From NCBI RefSeq assembly GCF_964355755.1, contig NC_092670.1:3896201-3960200 (forward strand): a stretch of DNA of 64,000 nucleotides. The letters run 5' to 3'. A model generated the notes under the pieces. It saw only the letters and a list, made by a program, of their open reading frames with translations. It ran no database searches and had not been told where the DNA came from. A program made the translations under genes and the position numbers. Positions within the stretch are counted from its first letter, which is position 1. Each line of letters opens with the position of its first letter. Source of the DNA: Antedon mediterranea. Lineage: Eukaryota; Animalia; Echinodermata. This document shows, one piece after another, positions 12,075 to 22,437 of this stretch.

Positions 12075-12593
12075 CATTTTTCACGAAACGGAAGACATCT
12101 TCGATCGATGACTCGACAATGCTGTGCAGGGAAGCGTAACCAACATAAATAACAGCGTTTTCAGGGGGATTTCAGGACGTAACTAACTTCTTAACCGAAA
12201 TGGTCGTATGAGAGAAAACATACTGTAAAATGTTCTTAAAAGATTTGCCTACATTACTGAATGATTACAAAACAATTTTGTTGATCACCTAAAATTCAAC
12301 GGAAAAAAAGACACAGTGTTGAAGCGCATAGACACACTGTCCATGCCGTTTTACGCCGCGGTGCCTATACTTATCATCTTTGTTCCGTTTTTAATCATAC
12401 AGTGATGTAGGCTAATATTTTAGGAACATTTTACAGTAAAAATTGTGTCCATAAAAGTCTGTCCGTTAAGGAAGTACGAATTTTTAATAACTTGCCCTCC
12501 GAAAATAAGCTCGACGCGCTATTATTTCTGTCGGGTACGCTTCCCTGCACATTGTTTGTCATCGATCGAAGATGTCTTCCATTTTGTGAAAAA
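12075..12593. mobile_element. Foldback MITE in the APOL-B intron
   Basis: ggaagacatcttcgatcgatgac and gcagggaagcgta are inverted as tacgcttccctgc and gtcatcgatcgaagatgtcttcc. Confidence 0.7.
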
Positions 12594-12986
12594 GGCTTAT
12601 TAGGTCTAGCTATTGATTATGAACAACATTGTATAGTAATGTGTATAATCAAGAGAAATTAGTAAATTCCTCCATGGTATAAAACTGTGATCACACGTCT
12701 ATCAGGCAAAGCATATAACTAATTTGCCTATTATTATGTTCCACCCGCACAAATTACATTTTAGATGTCATGTTCGAGTGTATCAGGTCTTACCTTTTCC
12801 CCCAGAATGTCATACATTGTTATGAATTGTTTACTCCAAAACAATTGCGGTACACAATTGGTCGAAAGACCACACACACTGAGACCCGAAAACCTACTTT
12901 TTACTCCTATCAAATTCTTACCTAAAATGTATATCGAAAATTGACCAGATTTATGTGGCCGTCGTAAACTGATTAAAACGACCTAC

Positions 12987-13148
12987 AAAGCTTGGTTCCC
13001 ACTAGGACGTAACGCAAGGACAAAGACGCAACCCAAGCGAGTTGACTAATCACACGCGACTGTTCGAATAATCCACCGCTTGAGATTGGTCAAATCACTT
13101 TGCGTTGTGTTACGTCTTTGCGTTTCGTCCTAGTGGGAACCAAGCTTT
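12987..13148. mobile_element. Harbinger-like MITE with AAGCTTGGTTCCCACTAG TIRs; relatives at 18274-18395, ~22595-22718 and ~32868-33020
   Basis: aaagcttggttcccactaggacg...cgtcctagtgggaaccaagcttt. Confidence 0.8.
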
Positions 13149-13514
13149 ACCCGAAGCCACGGCGTCCAGGGGATTCACCTGTACCCCACGGGAGGCCTTG
13201 GCACATCCAGCCAGGATTTGTTTGCGTCGCTCGCAAGGCCCCTTCCCTTATAATCATCCTAGATCCGCCAGTGAAACTGATCATTTGTTTTTTCTTTCTT
13301 TTTCTCTTTCTTTTATTTATTTCTCTAATTGTTTATTTTGCTTCTTTTGGCCCATGTGATAGCGATATTCATCTTGCACGAAGTCACGTAAAGCTAAAAT
13401 TATAGATTGTCTTAGAAATGTGTCCATCTATGAATTAAAAAATAATTCAAAATCAAGAGGTTAGGGTTATAACACTTAATTTTTCGTATTTTTAATTTAG
13501 AACTCAGTACCATC

Positions 13515-14468
13515 ATGAGTAAGCATCTTTACCCACGATACGAGACAATGATGTGTCACTGGTGTAAATCAGAAAAAGAGTTGTGCCTGATGGCTACGTC
13601 TCTGGTTGAGAGTGTTATGAAAAATCCATTAAGTTTTTTTCCATCTGGAGAACTTAAGAAACATGCCAAAAAAGAAATTGGGCAGCTTAAATTAATCCAC
13701 GATATCCAACCACAAATAAAAGAAGTAAACGAAGAATTTCGACGGATCTTTAAAGATTGGTCAAAATATCGCTTAGAAGTTATTGAGGAATTGACCAAGT
13801 TTATTGGTGAAGTCATAATGGTAAAGACTGGAAAAAATGTAGTAAAAGCCGGTGCTAAGATTGGAAGTATAATTGGAAGTGCTTTGACTATTGGGGCACT
13901 AGTGTTTTTCCCCGTGGTCGAAGGAATTTTATTATCTGTTTGGGGAATTCGGGTCCTACTAGCATCATGTGCAATTCAGCTTGGAGCAGAAGTTGCAGAC
14001 GGTGCCTTCACTCACATCCAGAGCAAACGAGTAGCAAGTTTGCTAGAGAAAGATCGTGAACTAACGAAAAAAATGGAAACTGCTGTTGAATCCTTGATGA
14101 CAACCAGTAAACTGTTCAGTGACGCCGTTGATGAGTTTGAAAAAAGACATCAGTGGTTTGGAATGGACGACATTATTGAAGGAATTGTAAATCTGAAATT
14201 GGAGTACTCTCAGGCTGAGTCTGCCATTGCTGGTGTCGGAAAAGCCCTCAAAGCAAAACCATTTGAACCACCTTCAGTAATGGCCCGTGGTGTCTCTGGA
14301 TTTCTAAATGGGATTTACATAATTATGGACTCTATAAATTTGATGAAAACTATACAAGACATACAAAACGGATCTAAATCTGACCTACAGGAACATATCA
14401 CGGCATTGGCAGCAGTTCTGATACATGAGCATGAAATATTGCAGAAACAATATGAAAGTTTCTCATAA
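13515..14468 (+). CDS. APOL: Apolipoprotein L family protein (APOL-B), 317 aa
   Basis: Collinear paralogue of APOL-A with several identical blocks. Acceptor at 13500. Its 3' flank 14469-15400 is homologous to 9863-10830. Confidence 0.9.
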   Translation: MSKHLYPRYETMMCHWCKSEKELCLMATSLVESVMKNPLSFFPSGELKKHAKKEIGQLKLIHDIQPQIKEVNEEFRRIFKDWSKYRLEVIEELTKFIGEVIMVKTGKNVVKAGAKIGSIIGSALTIGALVFFPVVEGILLSVWGIRVLLASCAIQLGAEVADGAFTHIQSKRVASLLEKDRELTKKMETAVESLMTTSKLFSDAVDEFEKRHQWFGMDDIIEGIVNLKLEYSQAESAIAGVGKALKAKPFEPPSVMARGVSGFLNGIYIIMDSINLMKTIQDIQNGSKSDLQEHITALAAVLIHEHEILQKQYESFS

Positions 14469-16856
14469 TGTTTGAACTTGTCGTGGTAAGCTAGCTATCG
14501 ACGCATGTTAAAGACATTGGCAGTCTGAACCTAATTCTGAAGCCATACGATGCCTATGGCCTTTGAGTTGAACTATCCATATCATGGTACTGTCACCAAA
14601 TAAATAAGAATTGTCAAGAAAGACCGTCCGAATATACTCGTTATTTTAAATAAGAATCTTTTTTATATCGTACAGGATTTCTGTTTTAATTTGATAATAT
14701 TTGTTGTATTTAATATTGTTTTTAAAGTAGTGTAAAATTGTAATACGTCCATACTTTATTTTAATTGAGATTCAGCTACTATTACCCACAGATATATTAT
14801 TTTTTTCAGTATAGTTTGCCATTTGATTATTTATATTGTATATTTTATATGTACGTTTACACGAGAAACAATGTTCACCATCAGCAATAATGAAAATAAA
14901 CCTATACTCAATGAAATCGAAAATAATCGACCGATTGCAACTCGTGACTAAGATCAATCATTATTTAGGATGTTAATGTTGTATTATACTTAGACGTTAA
15001 TCGATACAGTAACAAAACAAATACTATAATTACACATAATATAGGACCTAATTTAAGAAACTGGAAATTACAATAATTTAATAACTGATTTTAGAAATAT
15101 TTATCATGTATATAAAAAATATGTATTCATGTACAGCACACACCGTGACAGCATGTTTGTATATAATTCACCGAGCAATTTAAATAGTGTTGTTATTTAC
15201 ACAGGAACAATAAATGATGATGAATAACATGATTTTGTTTTATTTTGATTTTAGATACGCGCACACAAATGCTTTTAATTGTTATAGCACTGCTTTATTT
15301 CTCAACATTTCTTAGCAGCTCAGCCCTAACCATGCAGGTAGGACTGGTCTAGGCTGGAAACTTAGGCCTATAAAATTTTGTTTCATATTTCGAAGTCATA
15401 AGAATGTTTGTGTATTGTACATATTTAATATTTTTTTATTGATCAGGCACTAAGTTATGAATGTATTCGTATTCGAAGATTAAGCATGAAATTTATCATA
15501 GGCTTAACATTTTGTTGCTGTATATAAATACATTTTTTTTTTTCAAATTATTTTTATAATGATTAAATCACACACAGTCCACCGACAGCAGAATATGGAA
15601 TGTATAGAAGAACGTTGATATCTGGGTTGTAATATAACTGACAATATGATGGAATAACAAACATGTTTGATTTAAGGATTCATATTTCTACAAGAAGCAG
15701 TGTGTATGCTAGTTACTGTTTTTTGACAATAAAAGAATGCTGTATATTATTGTATTGGCGATATCGTAATAGTGCAATGACTAACATCTGGGAAAACCCC
15801 AACCAAAAGTACCTAGAAATTTATTGTATGCTTAGTTCAGTTACTGTAAGTGTAACGATTTTCATTCCTTTAAGAATATTGTCAGGCATACAAGTCTTAT
15901 ACAAATTTAAACAAGTTTAGTGACTCTGCGCGGTCACGCGTTTTCACCGAAATGACGAATCAAGACCAACGTATGGTGTTTGAGAGTATTTCTATTATCA
16001 ACAAGAATATACATACACAATTATCTTTAGCAGCAAACACATTTTTGACAATTTCAGACAATGGGAGAAATTATGATATATGGTACACGTATATGAGATT
16101 CTGTAAACAAGCATTGAATATATACAGTATATAATTAATAAATGCTACTAGTTATTCAATATATATAGTATAGTGTGATCTAAATTTAATTCCGATCACA
16201 CTATTTAAGATCAATACTATAATATACTTGATAAAATGTCATAAATACTTAATTGATAATAACGAGTGCATGTATATGTGCTTACAATAATCCACTTTCA
16301 CGCACGCAATTATGCTCATGCAAAGTCTTAACAGTTTAAAGTAGACTTAATAATAGAAATATAATAATACCGTTACTTTTCTTACAATTTTTTTCTGTAA
16401 ATAATGGACAATAAAATAAATAATTACTACGAAGCAAACAGAGGGTAACGATACGAACGTCACACAACCGAAATTTTCTTTTAAAATCTAACTACTGGAT
16501 GATAACTATTATAGTGGATTTTCCCGACACACACATAACAGCTGTTCCGATTACTGTTCTCTAGACTCTACATTCAAAGGTAGGAATTAAAGTTTGTATA
16601 ACAAAAGGATACTTACTGATAAACCAATCACATCAATGCATTTGAATTTGGAGTCTAAACTAAAAATACTAACATTCTATGGAAACTACAGCCAGCACTA
16701 ATTATAGGTGGGGACGAGCCAGTTGTTCCGACAGAACGGACCTTCATATACACACATTTCCAAGTGTAGGCCTACAGGCTCTGCTAGATCCGTAGTTCCG
16801 AGGACTATATTGTACTACAACAGCTATTTAATCAGGTCAGTTTAATTTTGTTGACA

Positions 16857-16935
16857 AATCGAGCGTACAAATTAGTATTAATAATACTAATTTGTACGCT
16901 CGATTAGATTAGATTAGATTAGATTAGATTAGATC
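16857..16935. repeat. Perfect 49-bp palindrome followed by (TTAGA)n
   Basis: aatcgagcgtacaaattagtatta-a-taatactaatttgtacgctcgatt (16857-16905), then ttaga repeats. Confidence 0.9.
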
Positions 16936-17138
16936 TATTATTAGATTAGGTCTATAGAGCTAAACTGTGTGAATCGCCCACCACTCTACAAACATGCACA
17001 GCTAACATTGACTGGACCGCTAGGCTTAATGTGCTGTTTACTATTCAACTGGGCACTAATGTATTCGATAATTGTACGGTACCCCTCTCCTACTGGATTT
17101 TTTGATTAATTATGTATTTGATTATTTTGCAGAGCACT

Positions 17139-18092
17139 ATGAGTAAGCACCGTAATCCACGGTATGACACACTGGTCTGTCATTGGACGTGTAAATCAAA
17201 AAAAGAGTTGTGTCATATGGCAACAGTTTTGATAGACACTGTTCTGAACGATCCCTTAAGTTTTCTTCCATCCGGGGAACTTACAAAACATGCCAACAAA
17301 GAAATCAAACAGCTTGAGTTGATCCATGATATTCAACCGCAAATAAAAGAAGTAACGGGAGAATTTCGAAGTGTCTTTAAAGAGTGGTCAAAATATCGCT
17401 TAGAAGTTATTGAGGAATTGACCAAGTTTATTGGTGAAGTCATAGTGGTAAAGACTGGTAAAAATGTAGTGAAAGCCGGTGCTACGATTACCGGTATAAT
17501 TGGTAGTATCATTGTTATTGGGTCACTCTTGCTTTCCCCCGTGACCGGAGGACTTTTGTTAAACGCTTTCGGACTTAAAGTAACCCTAGCATCCAGTGCA
17601 GTTCTTATCGGAGCAGAGATTGCAGACGGTGCATTCACTCACATCCAGAGCAAACGAGTAGCAAGGTTGCTAGAAAAAGATCGTAAACTAACGGAACAAA
17701 TGGAAACTGCTGTTGAATCCTTGATGACAACCAGTAAACTCTTCAGTGACGCTGTCGATGAGTTTGAAAAAAAGCATCAATGGCCTGGAATAGATTACTT
17801 TATCGGAGGGATGTTAAATTGGAAAATGGAGTACTCTCGGGCTGAATCAGTCATTGCCGATGTAGGAGAATCTCTTAAAGCAAAACCATTTAAAACGCCA
17901 TCAAAATTGACCCGTGGTATCTCTGGATTTCTAAACGGGATTTATGTAATTATGGACTCTATAAATTTGATGAAAACTATACAAGACATACAAAATGGAT
18001 CTAAATCTGACCTACAGGAACATATTACGGCATTGGCAGCAGTTCTGATACATGAGCATGAAATATTGCAAAAACAATATGACAGTTTCTAA
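17139..18092 (+). CDS. APOL: Apolipoprotein L family protein (APOL-C), 317 aa from the post-acceptor ATG
   Basis: Acceptor ttttgcAG at 17132, then ATG 17139 (MSKHRNPRY, matching APOL-B MSKHLYPRY). Donor CAG|GTCAGT at 16835/16836. kappaB-like GGATTTTCCC at 16516-16525. LSPVTGG hairpin motif. Confidence 0.9.
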   Translation: MSKHRNPRYDTLVCHWTCKSKKELCHMATVLIDTVLNDPLSFLPSGELTKHANKEIKQLELIHDIQPQIKEVTGEFRSVFKEWSKYRLEVIEELTKFIGEVIVVKTGKNVVKAGATITGIIGSIIVIGSLLLSPVTGGLLLNAFGLKVTLASSAVLIGAEIADGAFTHIQSKRVARLLEKDRKLTEQMETAVESLMTTSKLFSDAVDEFEKKHQWPGIDYFIGGMLNWKMEYSRAESVIADVGESLKAKPFKTPSKLTRGISGFLNGIYVIMDSINLMKTIQDIQNGSKSDLQEHITALAAVLIHEHEILQKQYDSF

Positions 18093-19888
18093 TGAAAGCC
18101 TGATCTTGATACCGCGAGTACACTGAAATGTAAATTCGGGGTAATATGCACGTCTCGCAGTATTCTTCTTCAAAGACCAAACTATGAATGAGAACCAAAA
18201 CGAGAAATAGATAATTAATAGCAAAAAAAGAAATTTAAAAATCAAGTATATCATTTTTGGTACAATTTTGCTTAAGCTTGGTTCCCACTAGCGACGCAAC
18301 GTAACGCAATCTTGCAGCACTATTGCCTCGTCGGTTCCCATTTGTGATTACGCAATACAGCACTTTTCGTTACGTTCTAGTGGGAACCACGCTTTATTCT
18401 AGGCCAATTTGCATTTAGATAATAATATATTGATTATTGTTATCATTTCATCCTATATTGTACGACTATTAAAACATCTTTTATTTTGTAGATAAATTAA
18501 TTTGTTCCGAAAAATAAATTATTATTCCTTATAAAACCAAATACCCGTATTTCTATATATGAATGTTCTGTAAGTAAGAAGTCATTAAGCTCAGTTAATT
18601 TGTAATCCAGTAATTATTATTAAATGGTTTTGCGTTTGTTTATAATTTTCTTGTATTGTTTTGTCAATGTTTGAATTTTAACAAATAGGCCTACATACAT
18701 TTAACACTACTGTACAACGGTGCGGCCAAAAGACGTGTTGTCTTAAAACCTTCACTTTCCAATAAGATCATGTAAAGAATTTATGGAATAAAACATGTAA
18801 CTGGCCAGTAGAGACTAATATAACATATACTGTACATAATTATTATTGGAATGGAAAAAATATAAAAAAGCATTTCTTTACAATAAATCCATAATGTATA
18901 GTTCAATGTCGACATAAACCAAAATATGTCAGCAATTTCACAATACAGTATTTGCAAAATGATTAAGCAGTAAGAATCTAGATTAGGCCTACTTCATCTA
19001 TGGAAATACCCAAATCTAACAAAATACGAAAGAAACAACATTGTATACAATATTGTTTCTACCATAAATTAGTTCTTTTCTCTGTTAAAAAAAGAAAGAA
19101 TAAAATGGTGGCGTGTGAAAATGATGTCATCAATAAAAAGAAAATATGATGAGGATAAGCTAATTTTTGTTAGAATTATTAATTATAGAATGTTAATAGG
19201 CTTTATAAAATGTTTAAAGTCAAAACGACAAAATGTACGTATTGGCATAGTAGGCTTTTAAATGTTCTATCTATAGGAAGAACATACAATACATATTATT
19301 ATAAATACTTCCAGCACCCGATCTTTGACCTCGCGTCAATGCAGTTTGTGGAAATGACTCAGAAATCGATTTTCACAAAACAGTTTTTTAAAACTATTGA
19401 TGATTTGTACTCCAGAAAAATACATTTTACATTTAACATGATTAACCAATCACGTTCAAGTTTGATTCTAAACTAACGGATACGTATAAATAGTTAACAA
19501 AACATGTCAATGTATGGGAAGTTATCAATAACAATTGTAGTGAATATTTTAGTTAGTTCCGAGCTTTCTCAGGCGTATATATTTCCACGTGACGTACACA
19601 GCTGTCACTGAATGATAACTCATACAAAAAGTATATTTAACTCAACTAGAACTTTTATTCCTTGTAACTCGATTAATACATCTTTCTAAAACTGTCGGTT
19701 CTTCAGTCGTTCCTGTGGTCATCGTAACAATACGTATTTAAACACAGGTAAGTAAAGCCTCTAGTATCATTTTGGTTTTAAAATGTGCAGTCGTTGTAGT
19801 CATTGTGTTGTACGCTGAACTAATTTAAGAAATAACTGGACATTACAATATTAATATCCAGTTATTTTCAGTTTCTTAAATTAGTTCA

Positions 19889-19961
19889 GCGAACAACCAA
19901 GATTCGAACCCGCAAACGTCTGCTTGATATACAGATGTCCTAACCATTATATCACTGTGGC
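19889..19961 (-). mobile_element. Degenerate tRNA-like (Pol III A/B box) sequence, probable SINE head
   Basis: Minus strand reads gtgatataatggttaggacatctgtatatcaagcagacgtttgcgggttcgaatcttgg. A-box-like and GGTTCGAATC B box are present; the acceptor stem does not pair. Confidence 0.55.
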
Positions 19962-20044
19962 TTTCATAACCCAATTGGATACGGTAGTGACTCTTTAACC
20001 CTCTCGGCGTGGTACGGCGGAACAGCAATATTTCCTCAATATGA

Positions 20045-20408
20045 TTCCAAAGACAAATTACTGAAAATAATGACAATGCTGTGGATATCAGTGGCTGGAC
20101 CTCAATGGAGATTCAAATCAAAATAAGGAAACGGCTAAATCAAAACGATAAAGTAAAACAGACAGAAAAATTAGCAGAGCTTTCGGGCAACACTAGCCCT
20201 TTATCAGTGCATATATATATATATATAGGCCTATATGTATATAAATCCAAAGGTAAATTACTGAAAAAAATGACAATGCTGTGGGTATCAGTGGCTGGAT
20301 CTCAATGGAGATACAAAAATAAAAAGCGAAAAGCTAAATCAAAACGATAAAGTAAACAGCCAGAAAAGTTAGCAGAGCTTTCGGGCAACACTAGCCCTTC
20401 ATCAGTAT
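20045..20408 (-). ncRNA. Two ~198-nt tandem units, each with a minimal type I hammerhead ribozyme motif (Penelope pLTR/retrozyme-like)
   Basis: Minus strand 20408-20372: ua-CUGAUGA-A-GGGC-uaguguu-GCCC-GAAAGCUC-ugc. Minus strand 20210-20174: gca-CUGAUAA-A-GGGC-uaguguu-GCCC-GAAAGCUC-ugc. Units are bounded by (TA)n. Confidence 0.65.
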
Positions 20409-20794
20409 ATATATATAATAACTATAAGTTCATATATTCGAATACATTAGAAATAGTCATATTATCTACATAATAAAAGTATTTATGCACAGCATACGGC
20501 ATGACACTTTATGTTTTTATATAATCCATCGAGCAATTTAAATGTTGTAATTTACAGGAACAATTATAAACGATTTGTTTTGTTATTTGCTTTCACACAT
20601 ACGCGCACATTTGAACTTCTAATTTAATTGTTTAACGAAATAACATTTTTATTTTTATAAAATTGCTGTGGCAATAAAATGCGCGGCGTTTGAATGCGAG
20701 GCCCCTAGCTAGGAAGGCTATGCCTCCTTTGCTGTACCGATTCTAAACTGATCCTTCACTGCAGCTGATATTCCATACACTTCACAGGTTCTTT

Positions 20795-21730
20795 TTAGTC
20801 GCGTGGAAGCGACTCTATAGTTCACTATGTCGGTTGGTCGGTCTGTCTGTCTGTCTGTCGGTCTGTCTGTCTGTCGGTCCGGTATCACTATGCGTTTTAT
20901 CGCTTTATGACCTTATCTTGATATCAGTTTAATCTAGCTAGTCGCGTGGAAGCGACTCTATAGTTCACTATGTCGGTCGGTCGGTCTGTCTGTCTGTCTG
21001 TCGGTCTGTCTGTCGGTCTGTCTGTCTGTCTGTCGGTCCGGTATCACTATGCGTTTTATCGCTTTATGACCTTATCTTGATATCAGTTTAATCTAGCTAA
21101 GTCAATTTTTCACAGAATATTCCTTATGGCCAGGAATCGATGTGGTTATGTTTTCACGGTGCGCAATAAAAAATTACGCGGTCTACGCACGATTTAACGA
21201 AATCACGTTTGTAATCATATCTTAACAACCATGAATCACAATTAAATAAAATTTGGTACTCATAAATTTCAGGGCATAAATCATCATATGGCAATACAAT
21301 TACGTGCGTAGCGCATGTAACGCATGCGTACGCGCGCTTAAAATTTTCAAAATTTATTTTCGATGAAATAAGAGTACGTTTCAGGCAATTTTAAGCGTTT
21401 ACAAAATTGCCATGAGTGCGCAGATTTTTGCGCGCGCACTGCGCGTTAAATGTTATTGCGCACTCTTTTTGCCCGATTTCTGTTTTCTAGACTTACTTTT
21501 CAACTCTAAATTACGTTATACGAGCACGTCAAAAGTGACAGGCTACGCACGTGTAAATTAAAAAAATATAAATGTTTTTAAACATTTCAACATTTTTAAA
21601 CATGTTCAGTAATTTCGGTCAGTATAGTTCACTATGTCGGTCGGTCCGTCTGTCTGTCGGTCTGTCTGTTTGTCTGTCGGTCCGGTATCACTATGCATTG
21701 TAGCACGCGACTTAATGGCTGTTGGCCTTG
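20795..21730 (+). mobile_element. Helentron-associated non-autonomous element (HINE/DINE-1-like) with CTGT/CGGT microsatellite
   Basis: 5' subTIR agtcgcgtg, 3' subTIR cacgcgact, terminal ggctgttggcc. Inserted in a T run without TSD (empty site ttctttttgatt at ~24370). The 5' ~140 bp is tandemly duplicated. Confidence 0.75.
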
Positions 21731-21922
21731 TTGATTAAAATACACATATATTTCGAATTATATAGATTTTGATTTTTGTTATATCAGGTAAATTGATAAA
21801 CAACCTGAAACCAACAGCATGTATTGACTAAGCATCGGCACAACAAAGGGATAATATGCAATTACGATAAATCACCGTACTTAGTACAACAATGAAAATT
21901 ATTTAGGCTACAATTAAAATGT

Positions 21923-22437
21923 AGTAACCCTGGCATCCAGTGCAGTTCTTATCGGAGCAGAGATTGCAGACGGTGCATTCACTCACATCCAGAGCAAACG
22001 AGTAGCAAGGTTGCTAGAAAAAGATCGTAAACTAACGGAACAAATGGAAACTGCTGTTGAATCCTTGATGACAACCAGTAAACTCTTCAGTGACGCTGTC
22101 GATGAGTTTGAAAAAAAAGCACCAATGGCCTGGAATAGATTACTTTATCGGAGGGATATTAAATTGGAAAATGGAGTACTCTCGGGCTGAATCAGTCATT
22201 GCCGATGTAGGAGAATCTCTTAAAGCAAAACCATTTAAAACGCCATCAAAATTGATCCGTGGTATCTCTGGATTTCTAAACGGGATTTATGTAATTATGG
22301 ATTCTATAAATTTGATGAAAACTATACAAGACATACAAAATGAATCTAAATCTGACCTACAGGAACATATTACGGCATTGGCAGCAGTTCTGATACATGA
22401 GCATGAAATATTGCAAAAACAATATGACAGTTTCTAA
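21923..22437 (+). pseudogene. 5'-truncated duplicate of APOL-C with a +1 frameshift
   Basis: Matches 17579-18092. A8 at 22111-22118 versus A7 in APOL-C. Lacks the N-terminus and most of the membrane hairpin. Confidence 0.85.

Noticed and set aside
19210-19476. 88-aa ORF conserved at 23675-23941
   Set aside because: Conservation simply reflects the recent tandem duplication; no domain or splice support.
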